Below are positions 21,567 through 32,209 of a stretch of DNA of 64,000 nucleotides, piece by piece. The first letter of the stretch is position 1; each line of letters opens with the position of its first letter. The position numbers were made by a program, and so were the translations under genes. Under the pieces are notes generated by a model that was not told the origin of the DNA, searched no databases, and was given only the letters and a program-made list of their open reading frames with translations. The stretch comes from an uncultured delta proteobacterium (GTDB lineage: Bacteria > Myxococcota > Myxococcia > Myxococcales > Myxococcaceae): positions 1 to 64,000 of the forward strand of contig CAWCKH010000002.1 in NCBI GenBank assembly GCA_963796055.1, read 5' to 3'.

Positions 21567-22873
21567 ACGTCACTCTCGAGGAGCTCACCGGCTGGCTGCA
21601 GCACCAGCGCTGGTTCGGTGGGAAGGGCGTGCCCATCTCCAAGGTGGAGGTGATGGAGCGCGTCCCGCTGCAGTCGGCGGCCGACGCCGAGGCGAGCATC
21701 GTGCGAGTCAGCTACGTGCTCGGCACCCCCGAGACCTACCTGGTCCTCCTGCAGCGGACGCCGGACGGAGGACTGCGTGACGCCCTGGAGGATCCCGGGG
21801 TGGCCCGCGCGGTGCTGGCCTTCGCTCGCGACGCCCGGCGGGTCCCCCTGGGGAGCACGACGGTGCGGGCCGAGATCATCGGCAGCAGCGCGGAGCTACT
21901 GGCGCTGTTGCCGCCGGAGCCGGAAGTCCGGGCGCTCGGGGTGGAGCAGAGCAACACCAGCGTCGTGCTGGGGGAGCGGGTCCTGTTGAAGATCCTCCGC
22001 AAGCTCGAGGTGGGGCTGTCCCCCGAGGTGGAGATGGGGCGCTTCCTGGCCACCCACGGGTACCGGTCCACACCGCCGCTGCTGGCGGCGCTGACCCTCG
22101 AGGGGCCGAGCGCCAGCGAGCTCGCGCTGCTCTACGCCTTCGTTCCCAACCAGGGGGATGGCTGGGAGTACCTCACCGGCGCGCTCCGGCTCTCGCCCGA
22201 GCCCACTCCCGACGTGCTGGCCCGGCTGGAGCAGCTGGGGACGCGGGTGGGCGAGCTGCACCGGGTGCTCGCCTCGGACGAGACCGATCCCGCCTTCGCC
22301 CCGGAGCCCATCCACCAGGAGGACCTCCAGCGATGGAGCAGCTCCATCGTCGGCGAGCTGGGGGTGACCCTGGCCAAGGCCGCGGAGCGCTTTCCCGAGC
22401 TGCTCGAGCGACAGGACCCCCTGACCGAGCGCGCCAAGTCGCTGGCCTCGCTCGCCCCCTCCGGTCAGAAGATTCGCCAGCACGGGGACCTGCACCTCGG
22501 GCAGGCCCTGTGGAGCGGTGGAGACTGGATGGTGATCGACTTCGAGGGCGAGCCGACCCGGCCCTACGCGATGCGGAGGGAGAAGCACACTCCGCTCCGC
22601 GACGTCGCCGGGATGCTGCGCTCGTTCTCCTACGCGGCGGCGGTGGCCGAGCTGCAGCCGGCGGCCCGCAAGCGTGCGGTGGCGGCGGCGAAGAAGGCGT
22701 TTCTGGGCGGATGGCGTGGCGCGGTCCGGGGCACCGGTCTGCTCCCGACGAGCGAGGCCGACATCCGGGCCATGATCGACGTGCTCGAGCTGGAGAAGAC
22801 GCTCTACGAGCTCCGCTACGAGCTGCAGATGCGTCCGGACTGGGCCCACATCCCTGCCGAGGCGCTCGCATGA
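21563..22873 (+). CDS. Maltokinase (Pep2/Mak)
   Basis: [41 protein letters not shown]. Confidence 0.9.
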
Positions 22874-25089
22874 CCGCCGCCGCGTCCTCCGACCCGGGGC
22901 TCTCGGCCGCGCTCGACGCCATCCGCGCCCTGCACCACCCCGAGCCCCACCAGCTGCTCGGCGCGCACCCCGCGCCGGGCGGTGGCACCGTGGTGCGCGC
23001 CTACCGGCCCGACGCCGAGGGCATCACCGTCATCGCCGACGACGGCGCCGAGTGGCCCATGCGCCCGCTCGGGCACGGGATGTTCGAGGTGCGCACCGCC
23101 CGGCCGGTCGGCCCGTACCACCTCGAGGTCACCTACCCCGGCGGCCGCCGCTTCACGCTCGGCGACCCGTACCGGTTCTGGCCCACCCTGGGCGATCTCG
23201 ACCTCTACCTCCTGAACGAGGGCCGGCACGAGCGCCCCTGGGAGCGGCTCGGGGCACACCCGATGCTGCACGGCGGAACGGCCGGGACCGCGTTCGCCGT
23301 CTGGGCACCGACCGCCGCCGGCGTCTCGGTGGTGGGCGACTTCAACGGCTGGGACGGCCGCCTTCACCCGATGCGCCGGATGGGCAGCTCGGGGATCTGG
23401 GAGCTCTTCGTGCCCGAGGTGGGCGACGGCGCGCGGTACAAGTTCGAGATCCGCCCCGCGGGCGGCGGGCCGCCGATGCTCAAGGTGGACCCGTACGCCT
23501 TCCGCACCGAGGTTCCCCCGGCCAACGCCTCGGTGGTGCACGCGCTCGACCACCACGAGTGGCGCGACGCGGGCTGGCTGGAGCAGCGCGCCCGGGGAGA
23601 CCTCTGGGCCAGGCCGATGAGCATCTACGAGGTGCACCTCGGCAGCTGGCGGCGGGTGCCCGAGGAGGGCAACCGTCCGCTGACCTACCGCGAGGCTGCG
23701 GTGCAGCTCGCCGGCTACTGCCAGGACATGGGCTTCACGCACGTGGAGCTGCTCCCCGTCGCCGAGCACCCCTTCGGCGGCTCCTGGGGCTACCAGGTGG
23801 GAAACTACTTCGCCCCCACCGCCCGCTTCGGCCACCCCGACGATTTCCGCTTCTTCGTCGACCACCTCCACCAGGAGGGCATCGGGGTCATCATCGACTG
23901 GGTGCCGGGCCACTTTCCGCGCGACATCTGGGGGCTCGGCCGCTTCGACGGGAGCGCGCTGTTCGAGCACGCCGATCCGCGGCAGGGGGAGCAGCCGGAC
24001 TGGGGCACCTACGTCTTCAACTTCGGCCGGAACGAGGTGCGCAACTTCCTGGTGGGCAACGCCCACTTCTGGATCGAGCAGTACCACGTGGACGGGCTGC
24101 GGGTGGATGCGGTGGCCTCGATGCTCTACCTCGACTACTCGCGCCAGCCCGGGCAGTGGGTGCCGAACAAGTGGGGCGGCCGCGAGAACGAGGAGGCCAT
24201 CTCCTTCCTCCGCGAGCTGAACGCCTCGGTGCGCACCCGCCACCCCGACGTGCACATCATCGCCGAGGAGTCCACCGCCTGGCCCAAGGTGACGGCGCCG
24301 GTCTCGGAGGGAGGTCTGGGCTTCACCCTGAAGTGGAACATGGGGTGGATGCACGACACCCTGAAGTACTTCGCCACCGACCCGCTGTTCCGGGTCCACG
24401 AGCACGACAAGCTGACCTTTGGCCTGCTGTACGCCTGGAGCGAGCGCTACATCCTGCCGCTCTCGCACGACGAGGTCGTGCACATGAAGGGGTCGCTCTG
24501 GGGGCGGATGCCGGGCTACGACCCGGAGAAGGCCGCCAACCTCCGCGCGCTCCTGGCCTGGATGTGGGCGCACCCGGGCCGGAAGCTGCTCTTCATGGGG
24601 GGTGAGTTCGGCCAGAGCTCGGAGTGGAGTCACGACCGGAGCGTGGACTGGCATCTCCTCGCCGACCCGTTGCACGCCGGGATCCAGACCCTGGTGCGCG
24701 ACCTGAACGGGCTCTACACCCGGCTTCCGGCTCTGTTCGCACGGGACGACCGGCCAGAGGGCTTCCGGTGGATCCAGGCCGACTCGGCGAGCAGCAACGT
24801 CTATGGCTTCCTCCGCTTCGACCCCTCCGGCGGAGCCATCGCCTGCCTCGCCAACCTGGCCAACCAGCCCTGGCCGGGGTACCGGTTCGGCCTGCCCTTC
24901 GCCGGGACGTGGCAGCGCATCCTGGACACCGATGCGGCGGCGGTCGGGGGCCACGAGCGGAGCGGCCCCTCGACGGTTCGGACCGAGCAGGTCGCGTGGG
25001 ACGGTTTCCCCTCGTCGGTGGCCGTGCACTTGCCCCCGCTCACGGTGCAATGGCTTCTCTGGCCGGAACCGGGCCACCACGGCGGCTGA
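22870..25089 (+). CDS. glgB: 1,4-alpha-glucan branching enzyme
   Basis: IYEVHLGSW, SWGYQV, DWVPGHFP, DGLRVDAVASMLY, AEESTAW, LSHDEVVH. Confidence 0.97.
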   Translation: MTAAASSDPGLSAALDAIRALHHPEPHQLLGAHPAPGGGTVVRAYRPDAEGITVIADDGAEWPMRPLGHGMFEVRTARPVGPYHLEVTYPGGRRFTLGDPYRFWPTLGDLDLYLLNEGRHERPWERLGAHPMLHGGTAGTAFAVWAPTAAGVSVVGDFNGWDGRLHPMRRMGSSGIWELFVPEVGDGARYKFEIRPAGGGPPMLKVDPYAFRTEVPPANASVVHALDHHEWRDAGWLEQRARGDLWARPMSIYEVHLGSWRRVPEEGNRPLTYREAAVQLAGYCQDMGFTHVELLPVAEHPFGGSWGYQVGNYFAPTARFGHPDDFRFFVDHLHQEGIGVIIDWVPGHFPRDIWGLGRFDGSALFEHADPRQGEQPDWGTYVFNFGRNEVRNFLVGNAHFWIEQYHVDGLRVDAVASMLYLDYSRQPGQWVPNKWGGRENEEAISFLRELNASVRTRHPDVHIIAEESTAWPKVTAPVSEGGLGFTLKWNMGWMHDTLKYFATDPLFRVHEHDKLTFGLLYAWSERYILPLSHDEVVHMKGSLWGRMPGYDPEKAANLRALLAWMWAHPGRKLLFMGGEFGQSSEWSHDRSVDWHLLADPLHAGIQTLVRDLNGLYTRLPALFARDDRPEGFRWIQADSASSNVYGFLRFDPSGGAIACLANLANQPWPGYRFGLPFAGTWQRILDTDAAAVGGHERSGPSTVRTEQVAWDGFPSSVAVHLPPLTVQWLLWPEPGHHGG

Positions 25090-25183
25090 GCCATGGCGAG
25101 CGCCCGGGCGTTCACCGTCCCGGGGGTGTGCACCACGACGCGTTGTGAAGCGTGCGGCCGGCGTGCTTTGACGGACCGCCTGC

Positions 25184-26962
25184 ATGCTCGGGACACGCGA
25201 GGCGCTCCTCTTTCTCACCGTGGTGGTCGTCGCCGTCCCGCTCTTCAAGCGGCTCGGCCTGGGGTCGGTGCTGGGCTACCTGGTGGCCGGGGTGCTCATC
25301 GGTCCGCACGGGTTCCGGCTCATCCCCGAGGTCGAGGCGGTGGGGGAGCTTGCCGAGCTGGGCGTGGTGCTCCTCCTCTTCCTCATCGGGCTCGAGCTGC
25401 AGCCCCAGCGGCTATGGGAGCTGCGCAGGCGGGTCTTCGCCGCGGGCGGGGCGCAGGTCGCCCTGAGCGGGGCGTTGCTCGCTCTGGGCGCGCTCGCCCT
25501 CGGCGTCTCCTGGCAGGCGGCGCTGGTGGCCGGACTCGGGCTTTCCCTGTCCTCCACCGCCTACGCGCTCCAGCTGCTTGGCGAGCGGAACGAGCTGGCC
25601 ACCCCGCGGGGACAGACCGCCTTCGGCATCCTCCTCTTCCAGGACCTGGCGGTGATTCCGCTGCTGGCGGTGCTGCCGCTGCTCGGGCCGGCCGGGGCCC
25701 GCGTCGACACCTCCTGGGTGCCGCTGGCGAAGGCGGTGGGGCTCATCGTCCTCATCGTCGTGGTCGGGCGGACACTGCTCCGGCCGGCGTTCCGGCTGGT
25801 CGCCTCGGCCCGGAGTCAGGAGGTCTTCACCGCCTCGGCGCTGCTGGCGGCGCTGGGCACGGCCATCCTGGTCTCCGCAGTTGGACTGAGCATGGCGCTC
25901 GGGGCATTCATGGCCGGGGTGCTGCTGGCGGACTCCGAGTACCGGCACGAGCTCGAGGCGGACCTGGAGCCGTTCCGGGGGCTCCTGATGGGGCTCTTCT
26001 TCGTCTCGGTGGGGATGTCGGTGGCGCTGGAGCTGCTGGTCGAGCGTCCGCTGGTCATCGCCGGGCTGGTGCTGGGGATGATGGGCCTCAAGGTCCTGTC
26101 CATCGGCGGACTGGGCCGGCGGGTCCTCGGGGCATGGCCGGCTGCCTGGGAGCTCGGGGTGCTCCTCAGCCAGGGAGGCGAGTTCGCCTTCGTGCTCTTC
26201 GGCCTGGCCGTCGCCTACGACATCTTCTCCGGCCCGCTCCGGGACACCCTGGTGCTGGTGGTGAGCCTGTCGATGGCGCTCACCCCCCTGCTCACCCTGG
26301 CCTACGATCGGCTCGTGGCCCCCCGGCTCCGCACCCGCGACGACCGGCCGTATGATCGGGACGTGGAGCAGGACACCCCGGTCATCATCGCTGGCTTCGG
26401 CCGATTCGGGCAGGTCGTGGGCCGGGTGCTGCGGGCCCGGCGCATCCCCTTCACCGCGATGGATGCCGACCCCGCCCAGATCGACTTCCTCCAGCGCTGG
26501 GGGAGCAAGGTGTTCTACGGCGATGCCTCGCGGCTCGATCTGCTCCGGGCGGCGCGGGCGGACAAGGCGCGCCTCTTCGTCCTGGCCATCGACGACGTCC
26601 AGTCCTCGCTCCGGACGGCGCGGGAGGTCCAGGAGCACTTCCCACATCTGGAGATCTTCGCCCGCGCCCGGAACCGGGCGCACGCCTACCAGCTGATGGA
26701 GCTGGGCATCCAGCACGTCGTCCGGGAGACGTTCCTCTCCAGCCTCGAGCTGACCGGCGAGGTGCTCCAGGAGCTCGGCTTCACCTACTCCGAGGCCCGG
26801 GCCACGCTCGACCGGTTCCGCGAGCACGACGAGCAGCTGCTCCGGGAGTCGTTCCAGTACCAGCGGGACGAGAAGAAGCTCATCGAGATCGCCGAGCGTT
26901 CGCGCCAGGAGCTCGAGTCGCTCTTCGCCCGTGATGCTGCCGAGGAGCGGAAGAGCGCGTGA
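25184..26962 (+). CDS. KefB/KefC-type potassium efflux antiporter (CPA2)
   Basis: GSVLGYL, LLFQDLAVIP, HELEADLEP, SQGGEFAFV, KTN domain GFGRFGQ. Confidence 0.92.
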   Translation: MLGTREALLFLTVVVVAVPLFKRLGLGSVLGYLVAGVLIGPHGFRLIPEVEAVGELAELGVVLLLFLIGLELQPQRLWELRRRVFAAGGAQVALSGALLALGALALGVSWQAALVAGLGLSLSSTAYALQLLGERNELATPRGQTAFGILLFQDLAVIPLLAVLPLLGPAGARVDTSWVPLAKAVGLIVLIVVVGRTLLRPAFRLVASARSQEVFTASALLAALGTAILVSAVGLSMALGAFMAGVLLADSEYRHELEADLEPFRGLLMGLFFVSVGMSVALELLVERPLVIAGLVLGMMGLKVLSIGGLGRRVLGAWPAAWELGVLLSQGGEFAFVLFGLAVAYDIFSGPLRDTLVLVVSLSMALTPLLTLAYDRLVAPRLRTRDDRPYDRDVEQDTPVIIAGFGRFGQVVGRVLRARRIPFTAMDADPAQIDFLQRWGSKVFYGDASRLDLLRAARADKARLFVLAIDDVQSSLRTAREVQEHFPHLEIFARARNRAHAYQLMELGIQHVVRETFLSSLELTGEVLQELGFTYSEARATLDRFREHDEQLLRESFQYQRDEKKLIEIAERSRQELESLFARDAAEERKSA

Positions 26963-27486
26963 GGGTCCTCGCTCCCCAGCTCCGGCAGGCCGTCTCGGGC
27001 GACGCGCCGGCAATCGCCCGGGTCCAGGTGCTCACCTGGCAACAGACCTACCGGGGCATCCTCCCCGACTCGTTCCTGGATGCGCTGGACGTCGAGCGGA
27101 GCGCCGAGAGCTGGCGGGCGGTGATGGCCGACCGCCGGCGCGTCACCCACGTGGTGGATGGCCCGGGCATCGTCGGCTTCTGCACGGCAGGGCCGTCGCG
27201 CGGAGACCCCTCCGGGTTCCGCGGCGAGGTGGAGGCCATCTACATCCACCCCGCCGAGCAGGGGCGAGGCCACGGCACGGCCCTGCTCCGGGCGGCAATG
27301 GGCTGGCTCGCCGGCAAGCGGTTGACGCCGGTGCTGGTCTGGGCGCTCGAGGCCAACAGCCCGGCGCACGGCTTCTACCAGTCGCTCGGGGCGCGGCGGC
27401 TGGACACCCGGCTGCTGCGCATCGCCGATGCGCTCTACCCCGAGGTGGGCTTCGGCTGGCCGGAGGGGGGGGTCACTGGGGAGTGA
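26959..27486 (+). CDS. GNAT acetyltransferase
   Basis: IYIHPAEQGRGHG acetyl-CoA motif; NxxAxxFYxxLG. Confidence 0.88.
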   Translation: MRVLAPQLRQAVSGDAPAIARVQVLTWQQTYRGILPDSFLDALDVERSAESWRAVMADRRRVTHVVDGPGIVGFCTAGPSRGDPSGFRGEVEAIYIHPAEQGRGHGTALLRAAMGWLAGKRLTPVLVWALEANSPAHGFYQSLGARRLDTRLLRIADALYPEVGFGWPEGGVTGE

Positions 27487-28555
27487 TGGGCCCAGCCTTC
27501 ACCACCTCGAAGTCACGGCCCTTGATGGCCCTCAGCGAGCGGGTCTCCTGGTCCGAGAAGCGTGCGTCGGGTGCTCCCGAGAGCCACCAGCTGGTGCCGC
27601 CGCCATTGTCGGCGACGAACATCCCGTAGTCCTTCAGCGCCTGGAGAATGACCCGCATCCGCCAGCTGAAGCCGGAGATGTCCACGTCCTTCTTCAGGCG
27701 GACCCGCAGGCCCATGGGCGGGCAGCTCGACCAGGTCGGGCAGGTGCCCGCGGCGTGGGTGGCGGGCCTGACGAAGCCCTTCTGGCTGTGGCCGACCACG
27801 AAGCGCAGCGCGTGCCCGATGTACCCGGAGTCCACCTCGGCCCACCGCACCAGGCCGGGGAAGATGGGGAGGCCGGCGGCGTCGGCCGAGGTCCAGCGCA
27901 GCGGGCGGGAGGCGTTCGACCAGAGGTTCCAGCGTGCGCCGTTCGAGGCGCTCCAGGAGCCGTCGGCGTTCCGAGAGCCCTGGAACAGCTCGTAGAGGTA
28001 CCCGCGCTCGCGGTCGACCACGATGACGTGCCGGTCGGCCGACGGATCGGGCTGGGCGTCCCAGGGAATGGGGAACGGACCGGGGTCGCTCTCCTTCGGG
28101 TAGCCCCAGTAGGAGACGTGCACCATCGCCTGATCCCGGCCTACCTCGACGTAAGGGATGCCATGACCCTCGGCGTCCCAGGCCGCGGTGAGCGGATCGT
28201 CGGCTCCCATCTCGGCGATGTACGCGTCCGAGCTCGGGTCGAGCGGCGCACCGTTGATGCGGGTGTTCCAGGGACTGTCGGGCGGGAAGATGGGGGCCAG
28301 CGCGGGCGGAGGCGGCGGAGCAGGCGCCGGAGCGGGACCGGCGTCCGGTGCCGGATTGGAGGCGATGGGTCCGGCATCCGGGCCGGCGTCCGGCGGCGTG
28401 GTCCGGCCGGGAATCGCCCCCGCGCCTCCGTCACCAGCACCCGGGGCGGGTTGCTCTCGGGGCCGCGCGGCCGTGGGTTCCGTGGCGTCGGTCAGCGCGA
28501 CGCCGCCGCTGCAGCCCACGAGGACGGTGACGAGAATGGGCGTCAGGGTCCGCAT
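27473..28555 (-). CDS. Hypothetical lipoprotein with Pro-rich linker
   Basis: LVGC lipobox, PDAG repeats, globular domain (FPPDSPWNT, DRHVIVVD, SADAAGLPI, YGMFVADNG). Confidence 0.8.
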   Translation of the reverse strand: MRTLTPILVTVLVGCSGGVALTDATEPTAARPREQPAPGAGDGGAGAIPGRTTPPDAGPDAGPIASNPAPDAGPAPAPAPPPPPALAPIFPPDSPWNTRINGAPLDPSSDAYIAEMGADDPLTAAWDAEGHGIPYVEVGRDQAMVHVSYWGYPKESDPGPFPIPWDAQPDPSADRHVIVVDRERGYLYELFQGSRNADGSWSASNGARWNLWSNASRPLRWTSADAAGLPIFPGLVRWAEVDSGYIGHALRFVVGHSQKGFVRPATHAAGTCPTWSSCPPMGLRVRLKKDVDISGFSWRMRVILQALKDYGMFVADNGGGTSWWLSGAPDARFSDQETRSLRAIKGRDFEVVKAGPITPQ

Positions 28556-28800
28556 GGCCGCGGGACCCTAGCCAGCGGGGCACGACGCAAGCCGTCATGC
28601 GAGGGCATCTGGGCAGTGTGTGACAGCGTCCGGAGTCGCCCGGCCGAGGAGCAGCCCGGCATGCGACCGGCCGTTCCGACGACGCAATCCGACCGGCGTC
28701 GCGCCCGATGCGCGGTCTTCGCGGCCACGAGACGCTCGAGACAGGCCCCGAGGGAACGCGGACGGCGCGCGTGGCTCGGCGTCGTGCCCTGACGAGGCTC

Positions 28801-29231
28801 GCCTCACACCGGCGTCGGGCGGGTTGCAACGAATGGGGTCTGGTCGATTCTCGGCGCATCAGGGCCGGACGCGAACGCGAACACGCACGCGGGAACGCCC
28901 AGTTGAACTCCACGTTCCGAAACGATCTCCCAGGCCGGGAGGGGTGCTCGGGCACAGCCTCTTTGGGTCGGGAATGCAGGTCGACGGAACGTGGAATGCA
29001 GTTTGGGGATGCCAGATTCAATCCCACGTTCCGAGGCGGACCCTTCCACGTGCGAGAAAGGCCGATGCCCGGACCCCCCCCCGCCCGAGGCACAGATCGT
29101 TTCGGATCGCCATGTGCAACTCCACGTTCCGCGTCGTCATACGACCCGGGCTTTCCCGGGCTGTCGGTACTGACCGCGTCCGGGGGCTCGGATCCCGATC
29201 CGTTGCAACCCGCCCGACTCCGGGGCGAGGC
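28801..29231. repeat. About 430-bp imperfect nested palindrome (MITE/REPIN-like)
   Basis: Perfect inverted pairs 28814-28831/29201-29218 (18 bp), 28916-28928/29094-29106 (13 bp), 28985-28994/29024-29033 (10 bp), all centred near 29010. Confidence 0.75.
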
Positions 29232-29351
29232 CAGCGTCGTCAGGGCACCAGCGCCGAACCACGAGCGGTCCGCCGTTCCCTCAGGGCGGCGCCCTCGAGC
29301 GCCGCGCGCCCCCGAGGACTCCGGCTCGATTCGCCGGTGACCGCCTGATGT

Positions 29352-29873
29352 TCAACGCGCCTCGCCGAGCGACGCGATCCAGTCCTCCGGCAGCCCTGCC
29401 GCCCGGGCTCCGCGAGCGAGCGCCTCCACGAACCGCAGGCTCACCGGCCCATCGAGGCTCCGACGCCCTGGCGCCGTGGTGAACGCGCTCGCGGTCCGCT
29501 CGCCCGCCGCCGTCCGGACCCGGACCTCCCGCTCCACGCACATGTTCGTGATGACGCCTTCCTTGTGCTGCACGATCGGCCAGTCCTTCGACGCAATCTC
29601 GAACAGGAGGCCGTGCACTCGGGCCCCGGGCCTGTCCTCCAGCCCCGCCACCCGCCCGGCCCACCAGCGCGAGGGAAAGTCGTAGACCAGCCCCAGGTCG
29701 AGCGCCTCGGCCCTGGTCCCGGCCGGGAGCTGGAAGAAGTCATACCCGTGCTGGTGCCGCCACTCCTCGAACGCGGCCGGGTCGAGGACGGTCGAGTACG
29801 CGAAGTACGCCCGGGGGGGCCCCTCGGCGAGCTTCTCGCGCGCGGCCATCACCTGCTCGTAGTGTGCGTCCAC
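29352..29873 (-). CDS. Gamma-glutamylcyclotransferase-like protein
   Basis: YFAYST, VHGLLFEI...KEG; GTG start overlaps the permease 3' end. Confidence 0.7.
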   Translation of the reverse strand: MDAHYEQVMAAREKLAEGPPRAYFAYSTVLDPAAFEEWRHQHGYDFFQLPAGTRAEALDLGLVYDFPSRWWAGRVAGLEDRPGARVHGLLFEIASKDWPIVQHKEGVITNMCVEREVRVRTAAGERTASAFTTAPGRRSLDGPVSLRFVEALARGARAAGLPEDWIASLGEAR

Positions 29874-31336
29874 CTCTCGTCTCCTCGCGCCAGCCGGCTG
29901 TGGCGGCGGCCGTACAGGAAATACAGCCCGACGCCTGCCGCCTGCCACACGACGAAGCGCATCCAGGTGATGAACGGCAGGTAGACCATCAGGATGCCGC
30001 AGCCGATGACGGACAGCAGCGGCAGCCAGGGAACCCCGGGGCACCGGAACGGCCGGTGCCGGCCGGGGTCGGTCCGCCGGAGCACGATGACCCCCACCGA
30101 GACCAGGACGAAGGCGAAGAGCGTCCCGATGTTGGTGAACTCGATGGCCTCGTTGATGTCCACGAACATCGCCGGGATGCCCACGAAGATGCCGGTCAGG
30201 ATGGTGGTGACGTACGGCGTCCGGAACCGCGGGTGCACCTTCGCCGCCCAGCCGGGCAGCAGGCCATCGCGGGCCATCACCATGAAGATGCGCGGCTGCC
30301 CGAGCTGGAACACCAGCAGCACCGCGGTCATCGCCACCACCGCGCCGAAGGAGAGCACTCCGGCAAGCGCTTGCAGCCCCGCCGACTGGAGCGCCTTTGC
30401 CAGCGGGTCGCCCACCGCGAGCTCCTTCCAGCTCACCATCCCGGTCAGGACCAGGGTCACCGCGGCGTAGAGAACGGTGCAGATGCCGAGCGTGGCGATC
30501 ATCGCCCGGGGGATGTCCCGCTGAGGATTCCGCGCCTCCTCCGCGGTGGTGGAGACGGCGTCGAATCCAATGTAGGCGAAGAAGATGAGCGAGGCGCCGC
30601 TGAGGATGCCGTGGAGCCCGTTGGGCGCGAACGGCGTCCAGTGCTCGGGGCGGATGTAGAACGCGCCCACCCCGATGAAGCCCAGCACCATCACCAGCTT
30701 CAGCAGCACCATGGCGGTGTTCACCCGGGCGCTCTCCTGGATGCCGACCACGAGGAGCACCGTCAGCATGGCCACCACCAGCCCCGCGGGCAGGTTCAGG
30801 ACGATGGGGACGCCCAACAGGTGCGGCGCCGCGGCCAGCAGACCGGGAGTCTGGCGTGCGTGGTCCAGGGTGGTGGTCAGCCAGTCGGGGAGGTGGAGCC
30901 CGAGCCCGGCCAGGAGCGTCTTGAAGTAGTCCGCCCAGCTGACGGCCACCGCGACGTTGCCCACCGCGTACTCGAGGATGAGGTCCCAGCCGATGATCCA
31001 CGCCACGAACTCGCCCAGAGTGACGTAGGCGTAGGTGTAGGCGCTCCCGGCAACCGGCACCATCGATGCCATCTCGGCGTAGCAGAGCGCGGCGAAGCCG
31101 CAGGCCGCTGCCACCAGCATGTACGAGAGGACCAGCGCCGGACCCGCGGCCACGTGCGAGCTGCCCCCGGCGGCCGCCGTCCCGGGCGAGCTGAAGATGC
31201 CGGCGCCGATCACCGCCCCGATCCCGAGGGCGGTGAGGGAGAGCACTCCCAGCGAGCGCTTCAGCCGGTGTTCGGACTGGTCGGCGTCGGCCTGGCAGGC
31301 CTCCACGGCCTTGCGGCGGAACAGGGACGTCGGCAT
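29849..31336 (-). CDS. APC-family amino acid permease
   Basis: GIGAVIGAGIF, GSAYTYAY, FFAYIGFDAVSTTAEE, many TM helices. Confidence 0.95.
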   Translation of the reverse strand: MPTSLFRRKAVEACQADADQSEHRLKRSLGVLSLTALGIGAVIGAGIFSSPGTAAAGGSSHVAAGPALVLSYMLVAAACGFAALCYAEMASMVPVAGSAYTYAYVTLGEFVAWIIGWDLILEYAVGNVAVAVSWADYFKTLLAGLGLHLPDWLTTTLDHARQTPGLLAAAPHLLGVPIVLNLPAGLVVAMLTVLLVVGIQESARVNTAMVLLKLVMVLGFIGVGAFYIRPEHWTPFAPNGLHGILSGASLIFFAYIGFDAVSTTAEEARNPQRDIPRAMIATLGICTVLYAAVTLVLTGMVSWKELAVGDPLAKALQSAGLQALAGVLSFGAVVAMTAVLLVFQLGQPRIFMVMARDGLLPGWAAKVHPRFRTPYVTTILTGIFVGIPAMFVDINEAIEFTNIGTLFAFVLVSVGVIVLRRTDPGRHRPFRCPGVPWLPLLSVIGCGILMVYLPFITWMRFVVWQAAGVGLYFLYGRRHSRLARGDERWTHTTSR

Positions 31337-31434
31337 GTGAACCCACGGGTCCTAGCACGGGTGCCCGGGTGGAGAAGGAACGCCGTGGACGGAGTCGACG
31401 CCCCGGCGAGGCGCCGCTAAAAGGCGGCTGGCCG

Positions 31435-31983
31435 ATGAACGACGCTCCCTCGCCTGCGGACGACGCGCGGATCGAGGCCGCGGTCCGGGCCGCGCTCGAT
31501 GCAGCCGGGGCCCGGTACGAGGTGCTCGCCTGCGACCCGGCGTTCGCCGACACCGCAGAGTTCTGCGCCCGCTACGGCATCGATCCCCAGGACTCGGCCA
31601 ACGCCATCCTGGTGGCGAGCCGCCGGGAGCCGAAGCTGTACGTCCTGTGCCTGGTGCTGGCCACCACCCGGCTGGACGTGAACCACGCCGTTGCGGATCT
31701 CATGGCGGTGAAGAAGCTCTCCTTTGCCTCCGCCGAGGAGACCGCCCGGCTCACCAGCATGGTGCTCGGCGGGGTCACGCCGTTCGCTGTCCCCGAGGGC
31801 CTCCCAATCTACGTCGACGCCCGGGTGCTCGGGCGTCCCACGGTCATCGTCGGGGGCGGGAGCCGCTCGTCGAAGATCCGCGTCGACCCGGAGATCTTCC
31901 GGCGCCTGCCCAGCTGCCGGGTCGTCGAGGCCCTGGCGATGGAGCGCCCGATGCTCACCCCTTGGGCTCGGTCGCAGGCTTGA
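31435..31983 (+). CDS. YbaK/EbsC aminoacyl-tRNA deacylase family protein
   Basis: KLSFAS, GGVTPF, IVGGGSRSSKI. Confidence 0.85.
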   Translation: MNDAPSPADDARIEAAVRAALDAAGARYEVLACDPAFADTAEFCARYGIDPQDSANAILVASRREPKLYVLCLVLATTRLDVNHAVADLMAVKKLSFASAEETARLTSMVLGGVTPFAVPEGLPIYVDARVLGRPTVIVGGGSRSSKIRVDPEIFRRLPSCRVVEALAMERPMLTPWARSQA

Positions 31984-32209
31984 TCGCCGCGGCGGACGGT
32001 ACCGCGGTTTCCAGCGTCAGGAGGGCGCTCGCCGCTTGCCGGAGGGTGAACGCACTTGCAATCGAGCATCCCCTCCCCGGGGGAGCGGGCGGGCGCGGCG
32101 AAGTCGCCAAACCGGTCTCGTCGCGCAGCTCTTGCGCGCCTCGAGCCCTGGGCCCTGGAGTACACGGCCGGTACGAGAAATGCTGTCCCCGGAGCGCGAG
32201 AGGCAACCG

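Noticed and set aside
28902..29131. CRISPR array or parS cluster
   Set aside because: Repeats are short, mixed in orientation and about 100 bp apart; no cas genes; no full parS dyad
28431..29348. ORFs of 210-242 aa across the palindrome with repeated RNVE/STFR peptides
   Set aside because: Peptide repeats simply reflect the DNA motif; atypical codon usage and no RBS
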